Below, piece by piece: positions 1 to 13,200 of a stretch of 64,000 nucleotides of DNA; position 1 is the first letter of the stretch, and each line of letters starts with the position of its first letter. The translations under genes and the position numbers were made by a program. Origin of the DNA: Octopus sinensis (lineage: Eukaryota); contig NC_043014.1 of the NCBI RefSeq assembly GCF_006345805.1, positions 46,872,001 through 46,936,000 of the forward strand. The letters are read 5' to 3'. The notes under the pieces are model-generated. The model made no database searches. It was not told where the DNA came from and was given only the letters and a program-made list of their open reading frames with translations.

Positions 1-91
1 CGAACTGGGGTCGATGTAATCGGCTTAACCCGTTTGTCTGTCCTTGTTTGTCCCCTCTGTGTTTGGCCCCTTGTGGGTAGTAAATAAATAG
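1..91 (+). mobile_element. SINE family B, 3' end
   Basis: ctggggtcgatgtaatc...gccccttgtgggtagtaaataaatag. Confidence 0.8.
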
Positions 92-769
92 AATGTATGT
101 ATGTATGTATGTATGTATGTATGTATGTTTTATGTATGTAGTATGTATGTAGTATGTATGTATGTATGTAGTGTGTATGTATGTATGTATGTATATGTAT
201 GTATGTATGTATATGTATATAAATTTCTGGATCATTATATTCTTTGAATACCTTTGTAATTGAGTACTTTAAAAATCTTATAGCATTAGATGCTTCTGAA
301 AAAGTGAATATTTTAGTGTTAATCATATATACACAATACACACATGCACACACACACACACACACACAAATATTTATAGAAGCATAGTCAATAGTCACCA
401 GGTCAACCACCTTCGTGTGGACATTGTGACTCATATTGTTTGAGAATTACTTTATTCTTCTATTATTTATTCCTTCTTTCCACTCCACACCCTTTTCCAA
501 ACAAGGACAATTTCCAAAGTGTCATAACAATTCACTCTTTCCATTGATCTCCAGGCATTGAAGCTTTCTTATTTATTTTCATTTGTGTGTTTACTGTGAT
601 TTTCAATACATCAATATATCTATATGTATGTGTGTGTGTATATGTATGTGTGTATATGTATGTGTGTATGTATGTGTGTGTTTATATATATATATATCTA
701 TATATATATACCAAATATTCGCATATTTATTCTTACATGATAAATAGAACACAAAACATTGAATATATA

Positions 770-820
<51 letters not shown>

Positions 821-1234
821 TGTAATTTAATTGTTAATTTTGAATTGATAAATGGTTTTTTTCTAATTATGTATATATATATATATTATATTGTGTGAAA
901 TTTGATTAGTATTTCTAAATTGAATTTTTTTTTCCCTGTAAGTTTGGATTTATATTCCCTCAAATAATAATTATTATATATATATATATAATTAAATCAA
1001 GGATATAGAATCCTCTTAAAGAGATGTCAGCATCCAAGTTCCCCAGTTTTGTCCAGTGTATCAGTGAAAAAACCAAAGATGTTAGCTTTGCATTGATGGA
1101 TATAGGTATATTAATGTTTACGTAGGAGAAAAATAAAACAGAGAAATTGGGACATGGGCATCATTTTATTAGAACATATCGATGATAGTTCCAAACAAAA
1201 ACAAACTCTTAGCATCTACAATTGTTTCCATGCC

Positions 1235-1538
1235 CAATTAATTCAAATTGAGAAATCAAGATTAAATTAAATTAAATTAAAGTTACCTATTGAGTATAGC
1301 TAATTAGACATTTTGGCAGGGGAAGAATTTGATAGAGAGGAGCTACGTTATGTGTTGATATATCCATGATAGACTCAAATATGTGCATTTTTGCATCCAA
1401 TCTGAGTCTGTCAAGGATCTACCAACACAATGGAACATAGCACCGCTCTATCAAATTCTTCCCCTGGCGAAATGTCCAATTAGCTATATTCAATAGGAAA
1501 CTTTAATGTAATTTTAATTTCTCTAATTGAATTAATTG
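1235..1538. repeat. Imperfect fold-back palindrome (MITE-like)
   Basis: caattaattcaa...ggggaagaatttgatagag mirrors ctctatcaaattcttcccc...ttgaattaattg; centre near 1385. Confidence 0.85.
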
Positions 1539-1662
1539 TAGGTGCTAAGAGTTTGTTTTTTTGTCTGGAATTAGATATGTTCCAATAAATTGATGTCTGT
1601 ATCTCAATTTCTCCATTTTCTTTTTCTCATACACACAGATATATATATATGTATGTATATAT

Positions 1663-1715
<53 letters not shown>

Positions 1716-1858
1716 GTGTGTGTTATGTCGCATGTTTGGATGACTTCTACTCAACTCTGCTCTCGACTTTGATGTCTAGACTTCTCCCTCTATATCTGCA
1801 TATTGGGCTAATCTACTTCATCGTCTGGGGGTGTCTACACAACAATATATATATATAT

Positions 1859-1901
<43 letters not shown>

Positions 1902-2051
1902 TAGATAGATAGATAGATAGATTTTTTTTACAATACATCTGCATCCACATTCATAGACTACTCGGATCCACACTCCCTCTCTCTCTCTCTCCCTCCCTCT
2001 CTACCTCTCCATCTCATTCTCTCACTCTCTCTGTATTTTTTCTCTCCACAG

Positions 2052-2180
2052 GTATATATTCCTTGGTATCTACACTATGGAAATGGCCATAAAGTTAGTT
2101 GCAAGGGGATTCTTTATTGACAAATACACTTATCTCAGAGACCCATGGAATTGTTTGGATTTTACTGTCATCATGATTTC
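2052..2180 (+). CDS. Nav2: Voltage-gated sodium channel (Nav2-type) exon, domain I S2-S3
   Basis: Pyrimidine tract ending ccacag, donor gtaagt at 2181. 129 bp translating to (E)[43 protein letters not shown], matching the Nav DI motif EYxFxGIYT...RDPWNxLDF. Ends in phase 2. Confidence 0.96.
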
Positions 2181-2440
2181 GTAAGTACATTGTTTTCCTA
2201 CTTTATCTTTTTTCCATCTCTCTTTATATTTGTGTGTATAAGACATGTTTCTAGGGAAGATAATTACATCGTTTGTCGTTTTCTTATTTCAAATCAAAGG
2301 ACTGCAGAACAGAGTAGAAGGGTTTAGTTAAACAAATCAGCCCCGTTACATATTTTTGTTTTGTTTATAAGCCTGGCACTTATTCTATTAGTCTCTTATA
2401 GCTGAACTGCTAGATTAGAGGGATGTAAATAAACCAGCGT

Positions 2441-2670
2441 GGAGGCTCATGGCCAAGTAGTTAGAGCAGCGGACTCGCGGTTGAGGGATCGCAGGTTCGA
2501 ATCTCAGTTCGGGCGATGTGTGTGCTTATGAGCGAAACACCTAAGCTCCATGCGGCTCCGGCAGAAGGTAATGGAGAACTTCTACTGACTCTTTCGCCAC
2601 AACTTTCTCTCACTCTTTCCTCCTGCATCAAGGAAACCAGGAAACTGGTCCTAATGAGCCAGGCGTGGCT
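2441..2670 (+). mobile_element. SINE family C, 5' part
   Basis: Homologous to the reverse complement of about 49300-49482. Confidence 0.75.
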
Positions 2671-3244
2671 CAAGAAGGAACAAACAAATAAACCAACACT
2701 AGTTATCAAGTGGTGGTTGTGGTGGACAAACATAAATTCAAAATACACACACACACACCACTGATGCCATTGTTGTTGCTGGACTTTCACAGGTGTCGGT
2801 GCCACATGCAATGCACTCAAGCCAACCAGTGCTGTGTAAACACACCTGCGCTGGTGGCACATAAAAAGCACCCTGTACACTCTGTAAAGAGGTTGACATT
2901 AAGGAGGGCATCCAGCCATAGAAACCATTCCACAACAGACAGTTGGGGTCCACTACTGGGACTGATATTCCTGGACGTGATTTCTGGTGATTTCATTGCT
3001 GCTGGCATAGCATCCACTTCCAGGCACAATGTTGCTGTTGCTACTGCCATCGTAACAGTTGGTATTGTTGTCTCTGCTGCTTAATGCACTACTGCTGCCA
3101 CCACCATCACCCCTACCATTGTTGTCATAGCTGCTGTTGTCAGCAGTTATGTCATTGCTGCTTAGGCTGTTACTCTGGCTGCCAGAGTAGGATGAAGAAT
3201 ATAATTGTTTAGAGATACTACTGTGATTAAGTGATAAATACTGA

Positions 3245-3406
3245 CCCAGGAGTGGCTGTGTGGTAAGTAGCTTGCTTACCAACCACATGCTTCCTGGTTC
3301 AGTCCCACTGCGTGGCACCTTGGGCAAGTGTCTTCTACTATAGCCTCATGCAGACCAAAGCCTTGTGAGTGAATTTGGTAGACGGAAACTGAAAAGAAGC
3401 CTGTTG

Positions 3407-3456
<50 letters not shown>

Positions 3457-3660
3457 GTGTTTTGTGTCTGTGTCTGTCCCCCCAACATCGCTTGACAACC
3501 AATGCTGGTGTGTTTACATCCCCGTAACTTAGCAGTTCAGCAAAAGAGACCAATAGAACAAGTACTAGACTTACAAAGAATAAGTCTTGGGGTCGATTTG
3601 CTCGACTAAAAGCGGTGCTCCAGCATGGCCGCAGTCAAAATGACTGAAACAAGTGAATAA
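3245..3660 (+). mobile_element. tRNA-derived SINE family A (internal TA/GT microsatellite)
   Basis: Head ggagtggctgtgtggtaag...ggttcagtccc (A/B-box-like), CORE-like ccttgggcaagtgtc, tail ccagcatggccgcagtcaaatgactgaaacaag; many copies in the window. Confidence 0.85.
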
Positions 3661-4304
3661 AAAGGTGTTTGCAAAATATTTCATGGACTGCACAAAATGC
3701 CTTCACGGGCCACATGCAACCAGTGGACTGCAGGTTGTGCATTGCTGCTCTATGTAAAACTAATTTTCTTTTCTACTCTAGATACAAAGCCTGAATTTGG
3801 GGGGGAGCCAGTCGATTGGATTGACCCCAGTATGTAACTGGTACTTAATTTATCGACCCTGAAAGAATGAAAGGCAAAGTTGACCTCAGCGGAATTTAAA
3901 ACTAATTATTTTGTGCGTGTGTGTCTGAGAAGTTTATCCCCTACAACCACTTGACAACAGGTGTTGGTTTGTTGACATCCCAGTAACTTAGCAGTTCAAC
4001 AAAGAGAGGAAGAGAGAATAAATACCTGGCTTTAAAAAACATAAATACTGGGATCAATTCATACCAGGGTCCATATGGTTCCTGAGGTCCCAAATAAGAT
4101 TTTTAGGGGTCCACGCCACATAATAGTAAATTGGCGACCCACAATGGTATTTTAAGGGCCCCTGAATAAAGTTCGCTTTAGTTGTATGTATTGGTATGTA
4201 TTGCAAGAAACAGTTAAATTTCCTTCTCAAACATTTTACATTGTTCAACCTTAACAAGTTAACATGGGAAAAACAAGACAGGAATTTTAAGAGAAATTTC
4301 TATT

Positions 4305-4800
4305 TCTATTTTATTTTTATTTTATTTTATCTAGTTTCAGCTCACGAGCTGTGGCCATGCTGGGGCACTACCATTTGGTGTTGCTACATGATTTTACTTC
4401 ATGAATGCTTTTTAACAATTGCCATTTGGTGCATGAGAGAGTTCGATGCAGCTGCCCTCATCTGCACCTCCTGCTGTGAAGTTGGTTCATCTGGGACACC
4501 TGACAGGAAGAGATCCAGTTTTATTTTAAAGACATCTGCATCCACCCCATGCAGGTCTCTCAGGTTCTTCAGGAGGATATTGAAGAGCTGTGGGCCTCTG
4601 AAGCCCAGGCTATCACAGTATCTGTCCTATCATTTGATGGCAAACCTGAGTCCTTGGCACTATTGCAGTGGCACCCAGGTTCTAGCATTTGTGTAACTCT
4701 CGATGCCAAAGTTTGGGACAAGTCCTTCCAGGATCTTCCAGATGTATATTATGGCATATTTTTCTCACCTACGCTCTAAGGAATAGAGTCATAATCTCTT
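4305..4800 (-). mobile_element. Degenerate 3' fragment of a CR1/L2-group LINE
   Basis: Minus-strand translation gives YSLERRREKYAIIYIWKILEGLVPNFGI...FRGPQLFNIL...KLDLFLSGVPDEP, homologous to the C-terminus of the 45-46 kb LINE; A-rich tail. Confidence 0.88.
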
Positions 4801-4807
4801 GAGTCTA

Positions 4808-5305
4808 TAATAATGAAATTATTGTATAGAGTGCTCAGGTGCACCACAACTTGTCAAAAAGTGCGTATAAAGCATATGCAGTAATGTACAAATGTCTGGG
4901 AAGTGAACAGTGTATGCATCAGATACATGCTTGCGTGTGTATGGAGGGGAGAAAATCAGGTGTAGTGTTGGCGAATCTCAGGAAGCATGGAAGTTTTGAA
5001 GGATGCAGTGCTCCGACAACTAACAACTGATGCCAGCAGTTTGTTCCATACTCTAGCAACTCTCAGCGTGAAAAAATGTTTCCTGAAGTCATGGGAGCTG
5101 TGCTGTTTTCTGACTTTGTAAATATGTCCACGGGTGTTAGATGGGTGGAGTTTGAAAAGGTGCTCAGAGTTATTGTTTGCAAGATGGTTGATAATTTTAT
5201 GGGTGTCTGCCAAGTCAGCTGCCAGACGTCGGAGTTTCAATGTGTCCATGCCCAGGGAAGTAAGGCGTTCAGAATATGGCAAATGCCTGATGGAGGGTAT
5301 TCTCT
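4808..5305 (-). mobile_element. CR1-type LINE 3' end
   Basis: ORF 4956-5282 (YSERLTSLGMDTLKLRRLAADL...TRGH.YK...FFTLRVARVWNKL) is the typical CR1 ORF2 C-terminus; same family recurs at about 20.8, 32.5 and 38.9 kb. Confidence 0.9.
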
Positions 5306-5782
5306 ATGAGGATCCACCAGAATAAAGTAGTAATCAAAGGGGTCCATAGGTAAAAAATGGTTGAGAACTCCTGAACTAAACCCTTTAAAGTGGTGTCCCA
5401 GGATGGCCACTGTCTAATGACTGAAGCAAGTAAAACATAGAAGATAATTCTCAACCCTGTCAATACCAAGTTGACCCTGTTTGTCCTGAAATATCTGCTT
5501 CATCCTCGAACCCTCATCACTACTGACTGTGCCACACGTATGCAGTGTTTTGCCTCTAACAATTTGTGCTCTTTGATAATGAAAGGGTTCCAGTTAAGTG
5601 CCTTTGCCCCAAGACGCAAGTTCTTTGATAAGCAGCTTTCTGGATGTTAGTTTTTTGAAGTCAAACTTTGTGGCTGCAGCATAAAAGAATGCATCCATGC
5701 ACGTACGTGCAGGTGTGTGTTTGTGCACGTGGTGTGTGTAATATATACACATATATACATGTATATGTATGTGTATCTATTT

Positions 5783-5827
<45 letters not shown>

Positions 5828-5940
5828 TACATATATATATATATACATATATAAAATATATAATATATATAAATAGATATACATATACATGTATATATGT
5901 GTATATATAACACACACACATAAAGACATAATATATATAG

Positions 5941-5971
<31 letters not shown>

Positions 5972-6211
5972 CACATACATATACATGTATATGTTGTGTA
6001 TATATTACACATGTATGTATAGAGAAAGAGAATGAGCGAGAAAGTGGGGGTAGATAGATAGACACATACATACGTACATTTATATTTATATGCATGTATA
6101 TATATATATATATATATGCACAAATATGGCATTACATATATATATTATATTATCAGCCATATATGTGCATGCAAGCAAGACAAAAGGATGAAAATTGTGG
6201 CAGGGGATGCA

Positions 6212-6311
6212 NNNNNNNNNNNNNNNNNNNNNNNNNNNNNNNNNNNNNNNNNNNNNNNNNNNNNNNNNNNNNNNNNNNNNNNNNNNNNNNNNNNNNNNNN
6301 NNNNNNNNNNN
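6212..6311. other. Assembly gap (100 N)
   Basis: Run of exactly 100 N flanked by AT/CTAT microsatellites; a round number suggests an unsized gap. Confidence 0.99.
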
Positions 6312-6416
6312 TGTCTCCTTCTTTTTCTATCTATCTACCTATCTATTCCTGCATCAATTTATCAACAGAGAAATCTGTTCATCTGTCTCTCTATCAATTC
6401 ATACCTCAATATTTTG

Positions 6417-6493
<77 letters not shown>

Positions 6494-6784
6494 CCTATCT
6501 ATCTACTTAATCATGCTTCTATTTATATGTTTGTTTCTCCACCTTATCTAGCTATCTATTTATTCATGCAACCATTTATCTATTTCAGAAGCAATCATTT
6601 CTTTCTTTCTTTCTTTCATTCTTTCTTTCTATCGTTCTTCCTTTCTTCCTTCATTCCTCCCTTCCTATTTATTGATCCATTTATCAATCTATCTATCAGT
6701 CTGTCTGTCTGTCTATCTGACTATCTATCTATCTATCTATCTATTTAACTAGCTATCTATCTATCTATTTATCTATATATCTAT

Positions 6785-6832
<48 letters not shown>

Positions 6833-6849
6833 ATATATTATTATATATA

Positions 6850-7322
6850 GGCACAGGAGTGGCCATGTGGTTAGAAGCCTGCTTCCCAACCACATGGTCC
6901 CGGTTCAGTCTCACTACATGGTACTTTGGGCAAGTGTCTTCTATTATAGCCTTGAACCAGCCAAAGCTTTGTGAATGGATTTGGTAGACAGAAACTGAAA
7001 GAAGCCCACTGTATATATATATATATATATATACAATGGGCTTCTTATATATATATATATATATATATATAAATATTTATATATATATATATATATGTAT
7101 GTATTTATGTGTCTGTGTTTGTCTCCCCATCATCACTTGACAACCGATGTTGGTGTGCTTACATCCCCATGACTTAGCAATTCAGCAAAAAGAGACCGAT
7201 AGAATAAGTACCAGGCTTACAAAGAATAAGTCCTGGGGCTGATTTGTTCAACTAAAGGCAGTTCTCCAGCATGGCCACAGTCAATTGACTAAAACAAGTA
7301 AAAGACTAAAAGAATAGAAAGA
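6850..7322 (+). mobile_element. SINE family A
   Basis: Full-length match to 3245-3660. Confidence 0.85.
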
Positions 7323-7432
7323 ATATGTATATATATTATATATATATATATATATACACGCACATACACACACACATATATATATGCATAGATATATACA
7401 CATATACACACATATAAATATACATAGCTCAT

Positions 7433-8130
7433 AGGATGAGCTCCTGGATCCTAAGACCCTTCCTGTCCAGAGAACGAGGTGTCATCATTCCTCTTTTCTT
7501 CTCCTTTGTACAGCCACACCTCAAATACTGCTGCCTCTGTGGTCTCCCCACACAAAACAAAACATCTTGAAAATTGAGTCACCCCAGAGGTCATTCATTA
7601 AAAGAATTAAGGGCATGACTGATCTTGATTATTGGGACCACCTTAAAGCATTAAAACTCTATTCTCTCCAGCGTCACCATGAGGAATACATCATTTGCAC
7701 AATGTAGAGAATATACCACTGGCATTGCCCAAGCCAGCATTGCTCAATATTAGTTTCAAAATTCATCCAGGCTTGGACCACGGGCCATACGCCCCCTACC
7801 CAATTCGGGATCACAACACATAAAAACACTGTAGCACAATTTCTTTTCCTCAACAGGTCCTGCCCTATTTAACAATGTCTCGAAACAGATCAAAGAGGAA
7901 AAAGATCTTGTTACTTTTAAATGGAATCTGGACAAATTTCTTCAAGGAATACCAGATAAGCCACCCATACCCGGGTACAACTCACTCAACAAGAACTCCC
8001 TACATGAATAGACCAATATACCACAAAACTTGGCTAAAAGAAGAATTTAGTTAATCCTATCAGGTGATGCTATTAAGTTAGACATGGCCTGCACCAATCT
8101 TTGGTCGAAACATATCTAAGTTATCTATGT
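7433..8130 (+). mobile_element. Degenerate CR1/L2-group LINE 3' fragment
   Basis: Translates with frameshifts to WILRPFLSRE...VQPHLKYCC..WSPH...KIESPQRSFIKRIKGMTDLDYWDHLKALKLYSLQR. Confidence 0.85.
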
Positions 8131-8317
8131 CATATAAAAGCACCCACTACACTCTCGGAGTGGTTGGCATTAGGAAGGGCATCCAGCTGTAGAAACACTG
8201 CCAGATCAAGATTGAAGCCTGGTCCAGCCATCTGGTTTGCCAGCCCTCAGTCAAAATCGTCCAACCCATGCTAGCATGGAAAGCAGACGTTAAACAATGA
8301 TGATGATGATGATGATG

Positions 8318-8366
<49 letters not shown>

Positions 8367-9584
8367 TATATATATATATATTAAATATATATATATATGT
8401 ATTGTATATGTATGTAATATAATACTATATATATTATATATATATATATAATATATTCATATTATATATATATATATAATATTCCCATTATATACAGTAT
8501 GTATATTATATGCATATTGTATGTATACATGTTTATATATTGATAATATATGTAGTACATGCCCTTCGCTATATATAATAACTTCATTATATTATTGACA
8601 TGTGTCTTGCCTGTGTATACATTATGTTTTTTGACCAATGTATGTTATATGTATGTATACAATATATATCTATATATTATATATATGTGCTATGTAATTG
8701 TATATATATAATATATATTATATATATAGATGCTTGCATGTTGGTAGTGATAGAGTGATAGATCTCATTCAATAATGATTCGCCTAAATCAACTGATTCA
8801 TCTGCTCATGAATTAACATGTAATTGGCTCAGTATTCCACTGACACATACACCCTTAAGGCAGTCTGAAGATGAATCAGAGTGACAAAGTGTGTGAGTAA
8901 CAAGGCTGCACCATTCATTTATATATGTATGTATGAATGTATGTATCTCTTCTCATGCATTGGTGGAGATTTGCACAGTGATAACACACTCTTTTCTATT
9001 GAGGAACCACTCCTCCTCATCCGATTAAAAAGATTAAGAAAGGAATGACACAGGCTTTTGAAAAGGTTTAATATAGCAATTTCATTTTAAAAGGGAGTTA
9101 CCACTATTAACTTTCTAGACATCCATCCATCAATCCATCCATACATCCCTCCATACATCCATACATACATACATACATACTAAACACAACATAACATACA
9201 TACATACATATATATATATACACACACATATTCCATATAAACCCACAACACCACACCCATATATATATATATATAAAAGTATTAAGTAATTCTCATAGAC
9301 TTTCAAATATATATATATACATATATATAGATAGATATATAATAATAGCTATATATATGTGCATACTATATACATATATGCATATATATGTATGAATGTT
9401 ATGTATATATTATATATATATAATATGTATGAATGTATGTTGTATATATAGGTGTGTATATATATGTGTATACATATGTGTGTGTATATATATATATGTA
9501 TGTATGTATATATATATATATATATATATATCTATAAATATATATATATATATCTGTATATGTATATACATATACATGCATATG

Positions 9585-9625
<41 letters not shown>

Positions 9626-9643
9626 TATATATATATTATATAT

Positions 9644-9742
9644 ATGTTGATAAATAAATTTACATAGATAAACTTGTGTGCTTACTACAATCACATGCAC
9701 ACACTACACACATGTATATATGCACGTATATATATATATATA

Positions 9743-9778
<36 letters not shown>

Positions 9779-9864
9779 TATATACGTGCATATATACATG
9801 TGTGAGTGTGTGCATGTGATGTAGTAAGCACACAAGTTATCTATGTAAATTTATTTATCAACAT
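9644..9864. repeat. Inverted duplication around an (AT)n tract
   Basis: ~90-bp arms that differ essentially only by single-base indels. Confidence 0.9.
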
Positions 9865-12409
9865 TTGCCATTTCTGAGATCCAGCCAGCCCCTTCTAGCC
9901 CCTCTTCCATCATGTATTTTGAAACCATCACACACAAATCTTTTGGGATTTGTTTTCAATTCACTTCTTAACTGTATTAATTTGTATCAGTTAATTGGTT
10001 TTTGTTGGAAATTAAGGGAAACACTTGATAAAAACAAGCACTGAAGATTAAAAAGAATTTGATGATTTAAAGATTAACAGCATGGAATCATTTCAGGAGC
10101 TGATGAGGGTGGGGGTTAGGTGTTACATGTGTTTTAAAAGGTAAATGACATGCATCCACATACATATACACTCATATATGTATATGTATGTATGTGTGTG
10201 TGTGTATACATATATATATATATATATATATATAAACATATATATAAACACATATATATATATATAAAATATATATATACATAAATATGTATGTAATGTA
10301 TGTATGTAGATATATATGTGTGTGCATATATATATATATCAACAGACATACATACATGCATACATATATATATATATAGATATATGTACATACATATATG
10401 TGTGTGTGTGTGTGTGTCTGTGTGTGTGTGTATACATACATATATGTATATATGTGTGTGTATATATACATATGTGTGTGTGTATACATATATATGTGTG
10501 TGTGTGGTTGTGTGTGTATCTATATACATACATTGCTTGACAACCGATGCTGGTGATTTTTTTGTCCCTGTAACTTAGTGGTTTGGCAAAAGGACCAATA
10601 GAAAAAGTACTAGACTTACAAAGAATAGGTCCCGGGGTCGATTTGTTCGACTAAAGGTGGTGCTCCAGCATGACTGAAACAAGTCAAACAGTAAATGAGT
10701 AACCTTCTGTGCCAACAAACCAGTATTGTTCCTGAAAGTTTTTTTTTTTATATTTTCTATGGATTACTTGAAACTCACTAACTTCCTACACCTTTATCCT
10801 TGGATCTTACCTTTGCATACATACATACATACATATATACATACATACATACATATACATATATGTATATTATTAGGGCTTCACACAGTATCCTTGTAGG
10901 TATTGACCAACCTACAACTACGATACATGACACTTTACCGAGATGCATGAAGTGGAATTGTTTATTCAGCCAGGGTTGCTAAGTGGTCTTCTTAGCCATT
11001 TCTATATCTGTCTGTATATCTGCAGATAGATAGATAGATATAGATACAGATATGTAGATAGGTACATAGCTTTGCGTCTATTTGTTTCACTCTTTTTATT
11101 AAATCTTCTTTTTCTCTCTCTCCCTCTCTCTCTCCCTCTCTCTCTCTCACTCATTCACTCACTCATTCTTCACCCATGCTCTACCTCACTCAACCCCCTC
11201 TCCTCCACCTCACTCTTTCCGAGCCCCTCAACACTACTACTGTCTCACGCCCACCCTATATATATATCTTTATATATATATATACATATATGTGTGTAAA
11301 TATATTTTCCAATTTCAGTGGACCCGGCGCCTGTTACCCCAAACGGCCAATGTTAACCCAGGGGTAAATCATTCATTATTTTCTGGTGGTCCTTCCTCAT
11401 GATTTGCGTTTGTATCCTCCCTGTACCTCAGTCTCTCTCTCTTTCTCTCTCTCTCTCTTCTCTCTTTCTCGCTCCTTCGCTGTTAGTATTTATCCCTATC
11501 TTTCTCTCTCTTTCCTCTCTCTAGCTCTGTCTGTCTGTATAGAAGAAATACATGTATGTGATTGTGTGATGTATTTGTCCAGAAAGAACATTGTACCAAG
11601 TACAATCCAGAGATAATTCATGAGAGTTTTGCGCAGCAGAGTAGAATCCAATCAGGCAGTACTGTCATCGGCCACGTCAGTGATTTTGATTTGATTTCAC
11701 TTGCCTCAATAGGTCTCCGCAAGCAAAGTTTATTGTCCAATGAATAGTGGATACTCATAAGTGGGCTGGTTACACTCCACGCTCAGATGTGCTTTTAATG
11801 CTCCACTGGAACGAATGCCAATCAGGTGGTACTGTCATCTGCCACGTCAGCCATTTTGATATTGATTTTCATAGCCAAAAATAAAAGAGGTTGACTTATG
11901 CACCAAGACAACCTTTGAGAACCAAGAGCTCTATGTGAAATGCAACTGGATTTGGAAAATACTGATGACGTTTGTTTTGTCTTGCAAGTACTTGGTGACC
12001 CTGTCAGTGCAGGTGCCACTTAAAAGCACACAGTCCACACTGTAAAGTTGTAGGTGTTTGGAAGGGCATCCAGCTGTAAAAGTCCTGCCAGAACAGTTAC
12101 AGAAGTCTGGTGCAAGCTTCCGCCTGGCCAGCTCTTGTCAAACCGTCCCACCCATGCCAGCATGGAAGGTGGACATTAAACGATGATGATGATGATGTTT
12201 GAATGATGCTTACGCTATATACTTTGTTGAGTTGTATGCAGGAAAATATGGTGAAAGTTGTATAATGCTACATGTTATTGTGACATGAGGAATTTAATGT
12301 GGAAGATGTACAGATGCTGTGTGGGAAGAAATGAGGCAAGTATGATCTTTTGACTAAAGAGGGGTCACAAATGATTAGATGGGGGCGGCACAAATGTATA
12401 TCCCTATAA

Positions 12410-12442
<33 letters not shown>

Positions 12443-12594
12443 TTGTTTTTCTCTCTCTCTCTCTCTCTCTCACTATCTATCTATCTATCTATCTCCCTCT
12501 CATCAATATGCTTTTTTCCCTCCATATTGTTAATTATCCAGTCATCCCGATGATCCATGTTTCCATTTATTACCACAATGCTAACTCCACTTCA

Positions 12595-13200
12595 CCTACC
12601 ACCACCACCACCACCACCACCATCACCACCACCACCACCACCATCACCACCACCACCATCACCACCACCACCATCACCACCACCACCATCACCACCACCA
12701 CCATCACCACCACCTCCACCACCACCACCACTACCACCACTACCACCACCACCACCACCGTCACTGTCATCACCACTATCACCACCACCACCATCATTGC
12801 CACCACTATCTCCACCACCACTACTTCAACTATATCCACCATCATTTCACCACTTCAACAGTCATATACCACCAGTCACAACAACCATCACATCACCACC
12901 ACTTCAACAATCACCACTGCCATCACTACCACTACTGCCACCATCTCAACAACCACAACTACTACCACCACTACCTCAACAGACATATACCACTGCCATA
13001 GCAACAACCACCAGTACCTCATCAGACACATACCACTGCCATAGCAACACCCACCACACCACTACCACCACCACCTCAGTAACTATCACCACTTTCACTA
13101 TTGTCACCACCTCAACAACCACTCAGCACCACCACCGCCCTCAACAACCACCACCACTACTTCATCTGTTGTTCACTGTTTCACCACCACCACCACCAAC
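12595..13200. repeat. (CAC)n-rich degenerate trinucleotide tract
   Basis: accaccaccatc arrays; source of the poly-Thr/Pro/Val ORFs. Confidence 0.95.

Noticed and set aside
4196-4696. 166-aa plus-strand ORF
   Set aside because: Antisense to the LINE fragment at 4305-4800.
5430-5690. Protein-like stretch between repeats with a minus-strand acceptor-like site
   Set aside because: All three minus frames downstream of the acceptor hit a stop, and no homology was recognisable.
11319-11363. GPGAC read as the missing DI extracellular-loop exon (GxGxC motif)
   Set aside because: Lacks the preceding LCGN and the following CP.GYxC pattern and is too short; kept only as a cassette-exon candidate.
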